Shown: one piece after another, positions 52,616 to 63,456 of the stretch
Position numbering within the stretch: position 1 is the first letter of the stretch
Layout of the letters: each line of letters opens with the position of its first letter
Assembly: GCA_965215125.1 (NCBI GenBank)
Contig: OZ244052.1
Span: 960,001-1,024,000, forward strand
DNA length: 64,000 nucleotides
Direction of reading: 5' to 3'
Source of the DNA: an uncultured candidatus Porisulfidus sp.
GTDB taxonomy: Bacteria > Pseudomonadota > Gammaproteobacteria > Poriferisulfidales > Oxydemutatoraceae
Position numbers and translations under genes: made by a program
Notes under the pieces: model-generated
What the model was told of the DNA's origin: nothing
The model's input: only the letters and a program-made list of their open reading frames with translations
Database searches by the model: none

Positions 52616-53191
52616 CTACTCCTTTGTCGTTTCCATTTGAGAAGCCTCAATAGCTTCTTCCAGTTTCTCTTTTAACTCGGCAATAGCCTGCTTGGTGTTT
52701 GCATGATTTTCCTTGAGTAGTTTGGCATGTTCCAAAAGTGTTTGTTCTGGTGCATCTACGTTTTTCTCTGCTTTTTGATGTGGTTGCAGGAGGTCGTTGT
52801 TGCGATGTAGCAAATCAATCATACACTTTGAAATGACATAAGCATTGATAATCATTTTACGCAATTCGTCATCGGCAAGATAACCGATAGAGGAAGCGTT
52901 ACCGTCGTAGATAGTGAAGAAATTCTTGCCCATCGGATAGTGAATAAGAAAGGGCTGGTTTTCGCCTAGTTTTTCTATTTCCTTCCCGACATTTTCGTAA
53001 TAACCGTCCCATATAATCGTTATCTCACTATGAATGGCTCGGAGTAGGTTGTCAATCAGTCCTTTTTCTTTTTGCTCGGTGGCCTTTCGTTGGCGGGATA
53101 AACTTACTAGTAGTGCTATTATGGTAAGAGCACTCCCGATTACACCGGCAACAATAGCCATGATAGCAATACCATATAATATGAATTCCAT
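52616..53191 (-). CDS. Hypothetical protein with N-terminal TM helix
   Basis: AGGAG RBS; 191-aa ORF. Confidence 0.65.
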   Translation of the reverse strand: MEFILYGIAIMAIVAGVIGSALTIIALLVSLSRQRKATEQKEKGLIDNLLRAIHSEITIIWDGYYENVGKEIEKLGENQPFLIHYPMGKNFFTIYDGNASSIGYLADDELRKMIINAYVISKCMIDLLHRNNDLLQPHQKAEKNVDAPEQTLLEHAKLLKENHANTKQAIAELKEKLEEAIEASQMETTKE

Positions 53192-53303
53192 GTTTTACTC
53201 CTGATTAAGATGAAGTTGATGTTCCAATGAGAGTTATTGTATGGTACTTCCGATTTTCCTCAAAGGTAGCGATTTATCCGGAGACAGGCGGTTTAGGTTG
53301 TGA

Positions 53304-53390
53304 ACCACCCCGTCAGGCTGCGCCTGCCACCCCTCCGAAGGAGGGGAATGTACCGTCCTACAGTTCGTGGATACTTTTTCAACAGCCCCA
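53304..53390 (-). repeat. Mosaic repeat (module A plus MITE end)
   Basis: Near-identical to 16007-16094. Confidence 0.85.
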
Positions 53391-53467
53391 TGTCACCCGA
53401 CGCAATGCAAGGTGGGAAATAATACTTATGGGAATATAATAGATGTTTTACATCTCCCCGCATTTAT

Positions 53468-56400
53468 TTGATACAAGCACAGTTGAATATTTTAGTTTTG
53501 AGAGCTTTAGCAAAAGTTCTTATGATATGGCTTCTAACGGCGGGCATGCAGTCTGTCGTCGCTCAGTCGGAGCAGTCGGATTTCTTTTATGACCGGCAGT
53601 GGCATTTGACCGGTCAGGAAATCATCGGGCGTGTAACTGCGTTTACCATAGATATTAATGTAGAACCGGTATGGGAGAGAACGCTCAAGGATGGACAGAC
53701 GAAAATAAGAGGTCAAGGCACATACATTGCCATAGTAGACGGAGATCTGCCGATTGCACGCCAATCTGCTACAACCCAGACATTGGCTCACCCGGATCTA
53801 ATAGAAAACATATCAACCCAACACAGCGTTGATTATTATCCTTCCGTGATTGATCCTGATGGGCATGCGACCGCCGTAGCGGGTATTGCTGCGGCGCGCG
53901 GTTATAACCGAATAGGCGTTAGAGGGGTGGCACCTTGGGCAAGAGTTTATGGCTTGAATATCTTGGGAATACCCGATGGGGACAGGAGTATTTCGGCAAT
54001 CACTAGAGATATAGCTACCTTAGACGCCATGGTTCGTCATACCACAATAACTGCGGTTTCCAATAACAGTTGGGGAAGCGTGCCTCCTTTTCAACCGTCC
54101 GGTTCTCGTCTTAGGGCATGGGAAATGGCAATAGAAACCGGCATTGAGGACGGATTCCACGGCAAAGGGGTAGTCTACACTTGGGCTGCCGGAAATAACC
54201 GTTGTATTAGCAGAAGAATATCGTCTAACCGCTACGAACAAGTTTGTAACATAGATAATTCAAATTATGACGGCAGGGCAAAGCATTATGCAACCGTTGC
54301 CGTATGTGCGGTGGATTATCGGGGAAGACATGCTACGTATTCGGAACTAGGTGCCAATTTGTGGGTTTGTGCGCCATCACGGGATGCCATTTTCAATCCC
54401 ACATTCGGGATAAACCAATTTACACGAGGGATTACTACAACCTATAGAGGAATCTTTAGAGGGGTCTACGACCATTACTTTTACCGTCCTATTTTCGGCG
54501 GAACCTCTGCGGCAGCTCCGATGGTCAGCGGTGTGGTGGCATTGATGCGGCAGGTCAACCCGAGTCTTAGCTGGCGCGATGTGAAGCTCATTCTGGCTAA
54601 TTCCGCAAGGCAAAACGACTTTACGGACGACGGCTGGGCGCAAGGTGCCGTAAAGTATGGTTCGTCCAGCGATGATGTCGAGGCGCGCTATCATTTTAAC
54701 CACAAATATGGCTTCGGTCTTGTTGACGCAGAAAAAGCGGTTGAAATGGCGGAAGGGTGGATCAATCTTCCCCCCGTAGCACCGTATACGGAAGTAAGCA
54801 CCAGCAATCTGAGCCTTATGTTAAGTGCCGATAATCCGGTTATCAATAGCGATATATCCGTCCAGTCCGATATCAATTTTATAGAATACATGGAGATCCC
54901 TATCAGATTAATACACCCTCTAATTCAAGATTTAAGCGTTGAATTGATCTCGCCGTCAGGTGCTATTTCAAGCCTATTTATACCCTCCACTCATCCCATC
55001 AGTAGTAACAGTTCATACGCAGTCAATACTAGTAGTAGAGGCAGCTCTTGGCGTTTCGGTTCAAGCGTGCATTTAGGCGAAGATCCGTCGGGGATTTGGC
55101 GATTAAGGTTTGAAGACACAAGAGCTACAACCGGCACTTTGATTGCGTGGGGAGTGAGGATACGCGGCTATCGGATAAAAATGGATGCTACTCCTGCTGT
55201 CGGGTTATCGGACGAAAATGTAGCCGAAACCCCGCTGACTTTGTCTTTGATTGGTGCAAGTTGGGAAAAAGATTTGCAGTCTAGCGATTTTAGTTTGAGG
55301 AATGCGCCGGCAGGGTTGCGCATTGCGAGTGTGCGCCGTACTTCTGATACACAAGTTGAACTGAATCTTGCGTTGGATAAAGGCTTTGCGCAGGACTACC
55401 TTTTTCAAGTTGAAGCAACGACCAGTACCGTTCCAAACATTAGAAATCCTCTTATTAGCAACGACATACCAATAGTATGGGAAACGAACGAAGCACCGAT
55501 ACTTGAAATTGTTGCCTCACCGGAGCGTGCGATAGAACTGGGAGGTACCGCAGATGTGGTGGTCTCGGTGGCAGATAATAATTTTGATGTGGGTGATCGC
55601 GTCACATTGACGGCGAAGTCATCGAGCCGAACGATCGTATCGGTGACCACATCGGCGCAAACCGACAATATAACGAATGATGCAAGTATTACCTTTACGC
55701 TAACCGCTGAGCAAAACGGAGAAGCGACGGTTACATTTACTGCAACCGATAACAACGGGTTAAAAGATAGTGAAACCGTGTCGGTGCAGGTCAACGCACC
55801 ACCGACGATTACATCTTTTGACGACACAGTCTCGGTCAAGGAAGGCAGAGAGCAGACTATTGCAGTGTCGGTATCCGATGCCGACACCGACGACAGCTTA
55901 ACTTTATCGCTAACCGCAATGGATGAGAACCAAGATATAGTGGAATTGGTGACCACCAATGTGATAGTAATGACCAACGGCAGTGTTGCAAGAGACGCAC
56001 AAGCTCTAAAGATTAAAGGGTTGAAAGCCGGTGTGGCAACACTCAATATCACCGTGAGCGATGCACACACCGAGTCGGTTGCGGCTTCGGTCTCGGTGAC
56101 GGTGGAGCGGAACACGGCTCCGACGATTATTGGTATTCCCGAACAATCCATCAGATTGTTGGAAGGAACAGAAACTACGCTGAATGTTGTGATAAACGAT
56201 GCCGACGACGATAGCCTTAGTGTAAGAATTGATACCGGCAATAGCCTGATTGCAACCGCAACGATTATTACGACCGATGGTGCTACCCGCACACTTGAAG
56301 TTAGCGGTGTCGGTGCCGGTAGTGCGACGATTATGGTGACGGTAAATGACGGCAGAGGTCTATCAAATTCAAGGATTTTGGAGGAATTTGAAGTGCGAGT

Positions 56401-59400
56401 AGAAGCGAATACGAAACCGACGATTATGATTACACCGCCCACCGTTCCAACGATGCAGTTGAATGACATGACCGATGTCGTTGTCTCGGTGGCGGATGAT
56501 AATTTTGATGTGGGTGATAGTGTCACATTGGAAGCGATGTCGTCGAGCCGAACGATCGTATCGGTGACGACATCTGTAGAAACCGACGATATAACGACCA
56601 ATACGAGTATCACCTTCACACTAACTGCCGAGCAAAGCGGAGAAGCGGTGATTACATTCACCGCAACCGACAGCAACGAGTCAACAAACAGTAAAACCGT
56701 GTCGGTGCGAGTCAATGCCTCTCCGACGATTACATCTTTTGACAATACAGTCTCGGTCAAGGAGGGCAGAGAGCAGACTATTGCAGTGTCGGTATCCGAT
56801 GCCGATACCGACGACAGCTTAACTTTATCGCTAACCGCAATGAATGAGAACCAAGATGTAGTGGAATTGGTGACCACCAGTGTGATGGTAATGACCAACG
56901 GCAGTGTTACAAGAGACGCACAAACTCTAAAGATTAAAGGATTGAAAGCCGGTGTGGCAACACTCAATATCACCGTGAGCGATGCACACACCGAGTCGGT
57001 TTCGGCTTCGGTCTCGGTGACGGTGGAGCGGAACACGGCTCCGACGATTATTGGTATTCCCGAACAACCCATCAAATTGTTGGAAGGAACAGAAACTACG
57101 CTGAATGTTGTGATAAACGATGCCGATGTAGACGATAGCCTTAGTGTAAGAATTGATACCGGCAATAGCCTGATTGCAACCGCAACGATTATTGCGACCG
57201 ATGGTGCTACCCGCACACTTGAAGTTAGCGGTGTCGGTGCCGGTAGTGCGACGATTATGGTGACGGTAAATGACGGCAGAGGTCTATCGAATTCAAGGAT
57301 TTCGGAGGAATTTGAAGTGCGAGTAGAAGCGAATACGAAACCGACAATTATGATTACACCGCCCACCGTTCCAACGATGCAGTTGAATGACATGACCGAT
57401 GTCGTTGTCTCGGTGGCGGATGATAATTTCGATTTGGGTGATAGTGTCACATTGGAAGCGATGTCGTCGAGCCGAACGATCATATCGGTGGCGACATCTG
57501 CAGAAACCGACGATATAACCACTAATACGAGTATCACCTTTACGCTAACCGCCGAGCAGAGCGGAGAAGCGGTGATTACATTCACCGCAACCGACAGCAA
57601 CGAGTCAACAAACAGTAAAACCGTGTCGGTGCGTGTCAACACGCCTCCGACGATTACATCTTTTGACAATACAGTCTCGGTCAAGGAAGGCAGAGAGCAG
57701 GCTATTGCAGTGTCGGTATCCGATGCCGATACCGACGACAGCTTAACTTTATCGCTAACCGCAATGGATGAGAACCAAGATGTAGTGGAATTGGTGACCA
57801 CCAGTGTGATGGTAATGACCAACGGCAGTGTTACAAGAGACGCACAAACTCTAAAGATTAAAGGGTTGAAAGCCGGTGTGGCAACACTCAATATCACCGT
57901 GAGCGATGAACACACCGAGTCGGTTTCGGCTTCGGTCTCGGTGACGGTGGAGCGGAACACGGCTCCGACGATTATTGGTATTCCCGAACAACCCATCAAA
58001 TTGTTGGAAGGAACAGAAACTACGCTGAATGTAACAATAAACGATGCCGACGACGACGATAGCCCTAGTGTAAGCATTGATACCGGCAATAGCCTGATTG
58101 CAACCGCAACGATTATTGCGACCGATGGTGCTACCCGCACACTTGAAGTTAGCGGTGTCGGTGCCGGTAGTGCGACGATTATGGTGACGGTAAATGACGG
58201 CAGAGGTCTATCAAATTCAAGGATTTCGGAGGAATTTGAAGTGCGAGTAGAAGCGAATACGAAACCGACAATTATGATTACACCGTCATTGGATCAAACA
58301 CTATCCCTGAATAGTACGGCTCATATTGTTGTCTCGGTGGCGGATGATAATTTCGATTTGGATGATATCGTCACATTGGAAGCGATGTCGTCGAGCCGAA
58401 CGATCGTATCGGTGACGACATCTGCGGAAACCGACGATATAACGACCAATACGAGTATCACCTTTACACTAACCGCCGAGCAGAGCGGAGAAGCGGTGAT
58501 TACATTCACCGCAACCGACAGCAACGAGTCAACAAACAGTAAAACCGTGTCGGTGCGAGTCAATGCCTCTCCGACGATTACATCTTTTGACAATACAGTC
58601 TCGGTCAAGGAGGGCAGAGAGCAGACTATTGCAGTGTTGGTATCCGATGCCGACACCGACGACAGCTTAACTTTATCGTTAACCGCAATAGATGAGAACC
58701 AAGATGTAGTGGAATTGGTGACCACCAGTGTGATGGTAATGACCAACGGCAGTGTTACAAGAGACGCACAAACTCTAAAGATTAAAGGGTTGAAAGCCGG
58801 TGTGGCAACACTCAATATCACCGTGAGCGATGAACACACCGAGTCGGTTTCGGCTTCGGTCTTGGTGACGGTGGAGCGGAACACGGCTCCGACGATTATT
58901 GGTATTCCCGAACAACCCATCAAATTGTTGGAAGGAACAGAAACTACGCTGAATGTAACAATAAACGATGCCGACGACGACGATAGCCTTAGTGTAAGCA
59001 TTGATACCGGCAATAGCCTGATTGCAACCGCAACGATTATTGCGACCGATGGTGCTACCCGCACACTTGAAGTTAGCGGTGTCGGTGCCGGTAGTGCGAC
59101 GATTATGGTGACGGTAAATGACGGCAGAGGTCTATCGAATTCAAGGATTTCGGAGGAATTTGAAGTGCGAGTAGAAGCGAATACGAAACCGACAATTATG
59201 ATTACACCGTCATTGGATCAAACACTATCCCTGAATAGTACGGCTCATATTGTTGTCTCGGTGGCGGATGATAATTTCAATTTGGGTGATAGTGTCACAT
59301 TGGAAGCGATGTCGTCGAGCCGAACGATTGTATCGGTGACGACATCTGCAGAAACCGACGATATAACGACCAATACGAGTATCACCTTCACACTAACCGC

Positions 59401-60754
59401 CGAGCAAAACGGAGAAGCGGTGATTACATTCACCGCAACCGACAGCAACGAGTCAACAAACAGTAAAACCGTGTCGGTGCGTGTCAACACACCACCGCAA
59501 GTAGTGTTCGAGCGGGTACCTTCAAAACCGATCGTGGCAACGGTAGGAGAAGCATTTAGACTAGAGACTGGCGGCTACTTTAGCGATGCCGACAATGATG
59601 TACTGACATACAGTATCGTAGTAGACCCGAACAACTTAAGTTATAACTTCAGCACCACCGGCACATTGACATTTACACCTGTAAATGCAAGCACAAACAC
59701 AGCAGGTTTTACCGTAATCGTGTCGGCATCCGACGGCAAGGGTGGCACTGCGCAGGCGACCTTCACCTTATTGATAGATGCTAAGCTGGAAGGACGCGTG
59801 ATTATAACACCCGATACCACCGATAAATGGCTACTGAATACGACTTCAACGATAATGGATGCAAACGGCATCGCTGAGACAAATTATCAGTGGTATAGAA
59901 ATGATGCAATGATAAGTGAAGCAACCAATAATACTTATGAGATACCGGACAATAGAAACGGACGAGCCACAGGGACACGCTATAGATTGGATGTGATGAT
60001 TTTGGACAGCTTAGGAAGAAAGGAGACTACTCAATCCAATACGATTACGATCGCAAACGAAGAACCCGTTATTGCCGGGCAGATTACTGTTTTGCCATCT
60101 CCGGTGGAGGAAGGGCAGGAAGCGGTAATTACTGTTCCCGCCAGTGATGCAAACTACGACAGCTTGGCTTATGACTGGCGCGTGACCAGTGCGCATAACG
60201 GAATAACCGTATCCGGAAACCCGGCAACATTAATCACTTCACCCGACTTTGTAGATGCTGCATCCACTAAAACGACGGTGAACTTGGAAGTGGCAGTGGG
60301 TGACGGATCTGCCGCTACGACAGGAATGGTGTCGGTGGTGGTACGTAAGATAAATAATGGTTCTGTGACTTTGGGAATTTCCATAAAGGTGGGAAGTAGC
60401 GCAACGACATTAACAGCGAGGGTATTATCTGACGATCCCGACGGTGGAACGAGTGGGACTGTAGTGTATCAATGGCAAGTATGTGAAGGGAGTGGAGGAC
60501 GTTGTCTGCCGGGGCGGCAATGGCAGAATATCAACGAAGCCACTGAAACAACCTACATAATATCGGGTTCTAGAATTTTAGTAGGAAACGATTCGTTTTC
60601 TTTGGTAGAAGACAGTAGCATATTTCGCATCAAAGCGACCTATAGTGATGGTCAGAGATATAAGGAGAATGTTTATTCGGCAGGACGTATTTATACGACC
60701 CGTCCAGTACTTAGGATTCGCTCCAGAGTATTTTTGGAGAGTCCCCTCCAATAG
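53468..60754 (+). CDS. Secreted kexin-like S8 protease with P-domain and tandem Ig/cadherin-like repeats
   Basis: IVDGD, GHATAVAG, AAGN, GTSAAAP; FNHKYGFG; P-domain; Thr/Val-rich repeats. Confidence 0.88.
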   Translation: MIQAQLNILVLRALAKVLMIWLLTAGMQSVVAQSEQSDFFYDRQWHLTGQEIIGRVTAFTIDINVEPVWERTLKDGQTKIRGQGTYIAIVDGDLPIARQSATTQTLAHPDLIENISTQHSVDYYPSVIDPDGHATAVAGIAAARGYNRIGVRGVAPWARVYGLNILGIPDGDRSISAITRDIATLDAMVRHTTITAVSNNSWGSVPPFQPSGSRLRAWEMAIETGIEDGFHGKGVVYTWAAGNNRCISRRISSNRYEQVCNIDNSNYDGRAKHYATVAVCAVDYRGRHATYSELGANLWVCAPSRDAIFNPTFGINQFTRGITTTYRGIFRGVYDHYFYRPIFGGTSAAAPMVSGVVALMRQVNPSLSWRDVKLILANSARQNDFTDDGWAQGAVKYGSSSDDVEARYHFNHKYGFGLVDAEKAVEMAEGWINLPPVAPYTEVSTSNLSLMLSADNPVINSDISVQSDINFIEYMEIPIRLIHPLIQDLSVELISPSGAISSLFIPSTHPISSNSSYAVNTSSRGSSWRFGSSVHLGEDPSGIWRLRFEDTRATTGTLIAWGVRIRGYRIKMDATPAVGLSDENVAETPLTLSLIGASWEKDLQSSDFSLRNAPAGLRIASVRRTSDTQVELNLALDKGFAQDYLFQVEATTSTVPNIRNPLISNDIPIVWETNEAPILEIVASPERAIELGGTADVVVSVADNNFDVGDRVTLTAKSSSRTIVSVTTSAQTDNITNDASITFTLTAEQNGEATVTFTATDNNGLKDSETVSVQVNAPPTITSFDDTVSVKEGREQTIAVSVSDADTDDSLTLSLTAMDENQDIVELVTTNVIVMTNGSVARDAQALKIKGLKAGVATLNITVSDAHTESVAASVSVTVERNTAPTIIGIPEQSIRLLEGTETTLNVVINDADDDSLSVRIDTGNSLIATATIITTDGATRTLEVSGVGAGSATIMVTVNDGRGLSNSRILEEFEVRVEANTKPTIMITPPTVPTMQLNDMTDVVVSVADDNFDVGDSVTLEAMSSSRTIVSVTTSVETDDITTNTSITFTLTAEQSGEAVITFTATDSNESTNSKTVSVRVNASPTITSFDNTVSVKEGREQTIAVSVSDADTDDSLTLSLTAMNENQDVVELVTTSVMVMTNGSVTRDAQTLKIKGLKAGVATLNITVSDAHTESVSASVSVTVERNTAPTIIGIPEQPIKLLEGTETTLNVVINDADVDDSLSVRIDTGNSLIATATIIATDGATRTLEVSGVGAGSATIMVTVNDGRGLSNSRISEEFEVRVEANTKPTIMITPPTVPTMQLNDMTDVVVSVADDNFDLGDSVTLEAMSSSRTIISVATSAETDDITTNTSITFTLTAEQSGEAVITFTATDSNESTNSKTVSVRVNTPPTITSFDNTVSVKEGREQAIAVSVSDADTDDSLTLSLTAMDENQDVVELVTTSVMVMTNGSVTRDAQTLKIKGLKAGVATLNITVSDEHTESVSASVSVTVERNTAPTIIGIPEQPIKLLEGTETTLNVTINDADDDDSPSVSIDTGNSLIATATIIATDGATRTLEVSGVGAGSATIMVTVNDGRGLSNSRISEEFEVRVEANTKPTIMITPSLDQTLSLNSTAHIVVSVADDNFDLDDIVTLEAMSSSRTIVSVTTSAETDDITTNTSITFTLTAEQSGEAVITFTATDSNESTNSKTVSVRVNASPTITSFDNTVSVKEGREQTIAVLVSDADTDDSLTLSLTAIDENQDVVELVTTSVMVMTNGSVTRDAQTLKIKGLKAGVATLNITVSDEHTESVSASVLVTVERNTAPTIIGIPEQPIKLLEGTETTLNVTINDADDDDSLSVSIDTGNSLIATATIIATDGATRTLEVSGVGAGSATIMVTVNDGRGLSNSRISEEFEVRVEANTKPTIMITPSLDQTLSLNSTAHIVVSVADDNFNLGDSVTLEAMSSSRTIVSVTTSAETDDITTNTSITFTLTAEQNGEAVITFTATDSNESTNSKTVSVRVNTPPQVVFERVPSKPIVATVGEAFRLETGGYFSDADNDVLTYSIVVDPNNLSYNFSTTGTLTFTPVNASTNTAGFTVIVSASDGKGGTAQATFTLLIDAKLEGRVIITPDTTDKWLLNTTSTIMDANGIAETNYQWYRNDAMISEATNNTYEIPDNRNGRATGTRYRLDVMILDSLGRKETTQSNTITIANEEPVIAGQITVLPSPVEEGQEAVITVPASDANYDSLAYDWRVTSAHNGITVSGNPATLITSPDFVDAASTKTTVNLEVAVGDGSAATTGMVSVVVRKINNGSVTLGISIKVGSSATTLTARVLSDDPDGGTSGTVVYQWQVCEGSGGRCLPGRQWQNINEATETTYIISGSRILVGNDSFSLVEDSSIFRIKATYSDGQRYKENVYSAGRIYTTRPVLRIRSRVFLESPLQ
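55560..59490 (+). repeat. About 4.3 tandem intragenic repeats of 921-924 bp
   Basis: Equivalent positions at 55562, 56483, 57407, 58331, 59255. Confidence 0.92.
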
Positions 60755-60825
60755 AACCGGCGATTGACCTATCGGTTCAATCGGCCGTTCTATTTGTGCA
60801 ATGACGATACTTTTCTAACAACCCC
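60751..60825 (+). repeat. Module C hairpin plus degenerate MITE end between convergent genes
   Basis: ATAGAACCGGCGATTGA..TCAATCGGCCGTTCTAT; similar copy at 44223-44305. Confidence 0.75.
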
Positions 60826-60836
60826 AACCCGCTTTT

Positions 60837-62033
60837 TTAGTTTTCTTCCGGCATGATTCTTTTCATAAAGCTGTCAAAGAGAGGGACTGTAAACTCTGTA
60901 TCTCCGTGAGAGGGGCTGTAGATCATTCCTTTTTTTATCAGTTTGTTTCTTAGAGGGGCTACACTTTGGGGGCTGGCTGCTAATTTTTCGGCTATATCTC
61001 CTGAACGATGACTTCCGCCACCGAAAGAGGCTAAAGCTCTAAGATATTTCTTTTCTTTGGGCGTAAGTCTGTCAAAGCGCACTCGGAAAAAACCCTCGTC
61101 TAAGCGATTTAACGAATGTTTATTCGCTTTTTTCACAACATCCAAAGTGATTACTTTTGAGTTGGATAAATTCCAGCATTGGTATCCCCACTCTTGTAAA
61201 AAATAAGGGTAGCCTTTCGTTTTGTTAAAGATTTCTTCAAGGGCTTTTTTATCAAAGCGTATGTTAAAGGCTTCGGTGGGTTTTTGAAGGGCTTGAAAGG
61301 CAAGTTCCTTTTCAAGAGGCCCGAGATGAGGAAAGTCAAACATTCTTTCTGCATAAGACTTTGAGGCCCCTATAAGGCTTAGCAGTTGGGGCAGTCCTGC
61401 ACCTATCATCATAAGAGGAAGTTGTTTTTGTACGATTCTATGAAAAGCCATAATAAGCGCGCTGAGTTCTTTTTTTGATAAGTATTGAATTTCATCTAGT
61501 ATAAGGACTAAAACTGCATTGTGTTCTTTTATAGCTTCACCGACATGTTCCAAGAGGATAGGAACATCGATTTCCAAATCACCGCTATCGGCAGAGCCTT
61601 TTTCCGGTTCAATATCTAAATCTAAACTTATTTCAATATTGCCATACTTTAGCTTCAGGGATTTCAAAAAGCTTTTAAGTATACGAAAGGCCTTTTTAAT
61701 TTTTTGACTATTTCCTTTATTTTGAAGGCTGAACAGTAGCTTTTGCAGATGAACGGCTAAGGTTGTAGAAAAGTGTTTTTTCTCGTGAGCTTCTATGTAG
61801 ATGGAGTAGCAGTTGTATTTTTCTACAATGCCGTCAATTTTGTTCAAAAGAACCGTTTTCCCTACCCCTCTTAAGCCTACTAGCAGAAAACTTTTTTCTG
61901 ATTTTCTGCGATGGAGTCGAGCTAGGGCGAGACGGGCTTTTTCTAAAATCTCCGAGCGACCCACTAGTGCCGGCGGAGGGGCTCCTGCGCCTGGGGAAAA
62001 GGGGTTTTCTATCTTGTGTTCTTCATAGTTCAT
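60837..62033 (-). CDS. AAA ATPase with C-terminal wHTH
   Basis: NPFSPGAG, GLRGVGKT, LILDE, GYPYFLQ. Confidence 0.85.
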   Translation of the reverse strand: MNYEEHKIENPFSPGAGAPPPALVGRSEILEKARLALARLHRRKSEKSFLLVGLRGVGKTVLLNKIDGIVEKYNCYSIYIEAHEKKHFSTTLAVHLQKLLFSLQNKGNSQKIKKAFRILKSFLKSLKLKYGNIEISLDLDIEPEKGSADSGDLEIDVPILLEHVGEAIKEHNAVLVLILDEIQYLSKKELSALIMAFHRIVQKQLPLMMIGAGLPQLLSLIGASKSYAERMFDFPHLGPLEKELAFQALQKPTEAFNIRFDKKALEEIFNKTKGYPYFLQEWGYQCWNLSNSKVITLDVVKKANKHSLNRLDEGFFRVRFDRLTPKEKKYLRALASFGGGSHRSGDIAEKLAASPQSVAPLRNKLIKKGMIYSPSHGDTEFTVPLFDSFMKRIMPEEN

Positions 62034-62037
62034 AGGT

Positions 62038-62103
62038 GAAATATACCAAGTTTATCCAAATATATCAAAATTTTAGTATATTTAGGTAAACTTGGTATAT
62101 TTC
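62038..62103. promoter_or_regulatory. Long inverted repeat directly upstream of the AAA ATPase
   Basis: 27-bp arms GAAATATACCAAGTTTATCCAAATATA / TATATTTAGGTAAACTTGGTATATTTC. Confidence 0.6.
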
Positions 62104-62376
62104 GGGACACCAATGACAAGATTGTACGATGCCGGATACATATTGGACCTTGTAAGTCATTGATGCTCAATGAAAATCATCGCTGATATTAAGGGAAGTT
62201 TCCCGATAATTAGGGCAACTAATATAAAGGAGACACTGATTTTGTATAAATTAATAGAATACTTTTTCGACAATTTCCCATCAGTAATGTCGCCTAATTA
62301 GCAGTTGCAGTATAATGCTCATAATAGTACTATTTATAATATAGTCAAAAAATAAACGTTATACGGAGAAATAAAA

Positions 62377-62838
62377 ATGGCACATGATGCAGGCGTAATT
62401 GCCAATATGTTGATTAAACTGGGAGCTGAGAAAAACAGACCATTTACTCCTATGCAGATTATAAAATTAGTTTATATTTGCCATGGGTTTATGTTGGGGC
62501 TGTACCATAGACCCCTGATTATTCAACCTATAGAAGCATGGAAATATGGACCTGTGATAGAAACATTATATGCAAGCATGAGAAAATACGGTGGTTCACA
62601 TGTCACGAAGGAAATAAGGACAGGGCTCTCGTTTAAGAGCAAGGGTAAGTTAGATGAGTACGAACAAGATATTGTTGAACAAGTATTTAACAAATATAGT
62701 TATCTTTCGGGCATTGAATTATCAACTCTCACACATCAAGAAGGAACTCCTTGGTATATAGTGTGGCATGAAAGAGGCGGGAAAAGAGGGATTATACCTA
62801 ACGATATTATTGAAAGTTACTATTCGGCTTATTGCTAG
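62377..62838 (+). CDS. Panacea/SocA (DUF4065) antitoxin, second copy
   Basis: TPMQIIKLVY, IEAWKYGPV, LSTLTH..TPW. Confidence 0.9.
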   Translation: MAHDAGVIANMLIKLGAEKNRPFTPMQIIKLVYICHGFMLGLYHRPLIIQPIEAWKYGPVIETLYASMRKYGGSHVTKEIRTGLSFKSKGKLDEYEQDIVEQVFNKYSYLSGIELSTLTHQEGTPWYIVWHERGGKRGIIPNDIIESYYSAYC

Positions 62839-62840
62839 TA

Positions 62841-63191
62841 ATGGCGCAATTTAATAATAATAAAAAAGAGGTTAAAGATCCGCCTAAAGATTTAAGTTCG
62901 CAAGATGATAAATTAAGTCGGCAAGAATCACTTGAATATGCATCTCATCAAAGCCAACATAATAGACGTGAAGGAATTCTTGATTTAACCCATATAAGTC
63001 TCTCAAGAATTCTAAAAGTTATTGCTTGGTTATTTATAATTGCAATAATTATTATTGCTTACCATCTAATGGCTCCTAGTGAATGGCAGTGGCTTTCAGA
63101 AGAACAACTTGAAACATTACATACAATTTTTTCCAGCGTGTTTGTAAGTATGCTGGCTAGCAATTATTTACATAATTATTTTAAGAAATAG
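62841..63191 (+). CDS. Two-TM membrane protein, candidate Panacea-paired toxin
   Basis: Abuts the antitoxin stop; P..WQWLS.EQL between two hydrophobic helices. Confidence 0.6.
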   Translation: MAQFNNNKKEVKDPPKDLSSQDDKLSRQESLEYASHQSQHNRREGILDLTHISLSRILKVIAWLFIIAIIIIAYHLMAPSEWQWLSEEQLETLHTIFSSVFVSMLASNYLHNYFKK

Positions 63192-63456
63192 AGATTGCCC
63201 TTCGGCCTCCCCACTCCCCCTATATCTGCGGTTATTCTATGATAAAATCAGCCACAGGAAACGAGTAGCGAGTATAGGACGAGTGATAATTCAAATAAAT
63301 AGGCAGTCGGTTGATAAGGTAATCAGGCGTTGGGCGACACAACGGGTCTATGAAGTAGTGACACGGCAGTCTTAAGAGGTGATTTCAAAGTATATGCGTG
63401 AGCATCAAACATGCGGCAAAAGAAGCCGCTTTTTCCAACAAAGGAGTTATGTTAGA

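Noticed and set aside
55405-59490. Long antisense ORFs (911 aa, 247 aa)
   Set aside because: Shadows of the repetitive Thr/Val-rich protease gene on the opposite strand
34101-63330. Short shared words (GTAGCGAGT, ATCAGGCG) at the two island ends as att sites
   Set aside because: Only 8-9 bp, in inconsistent order, and no integrase; compatible with chance
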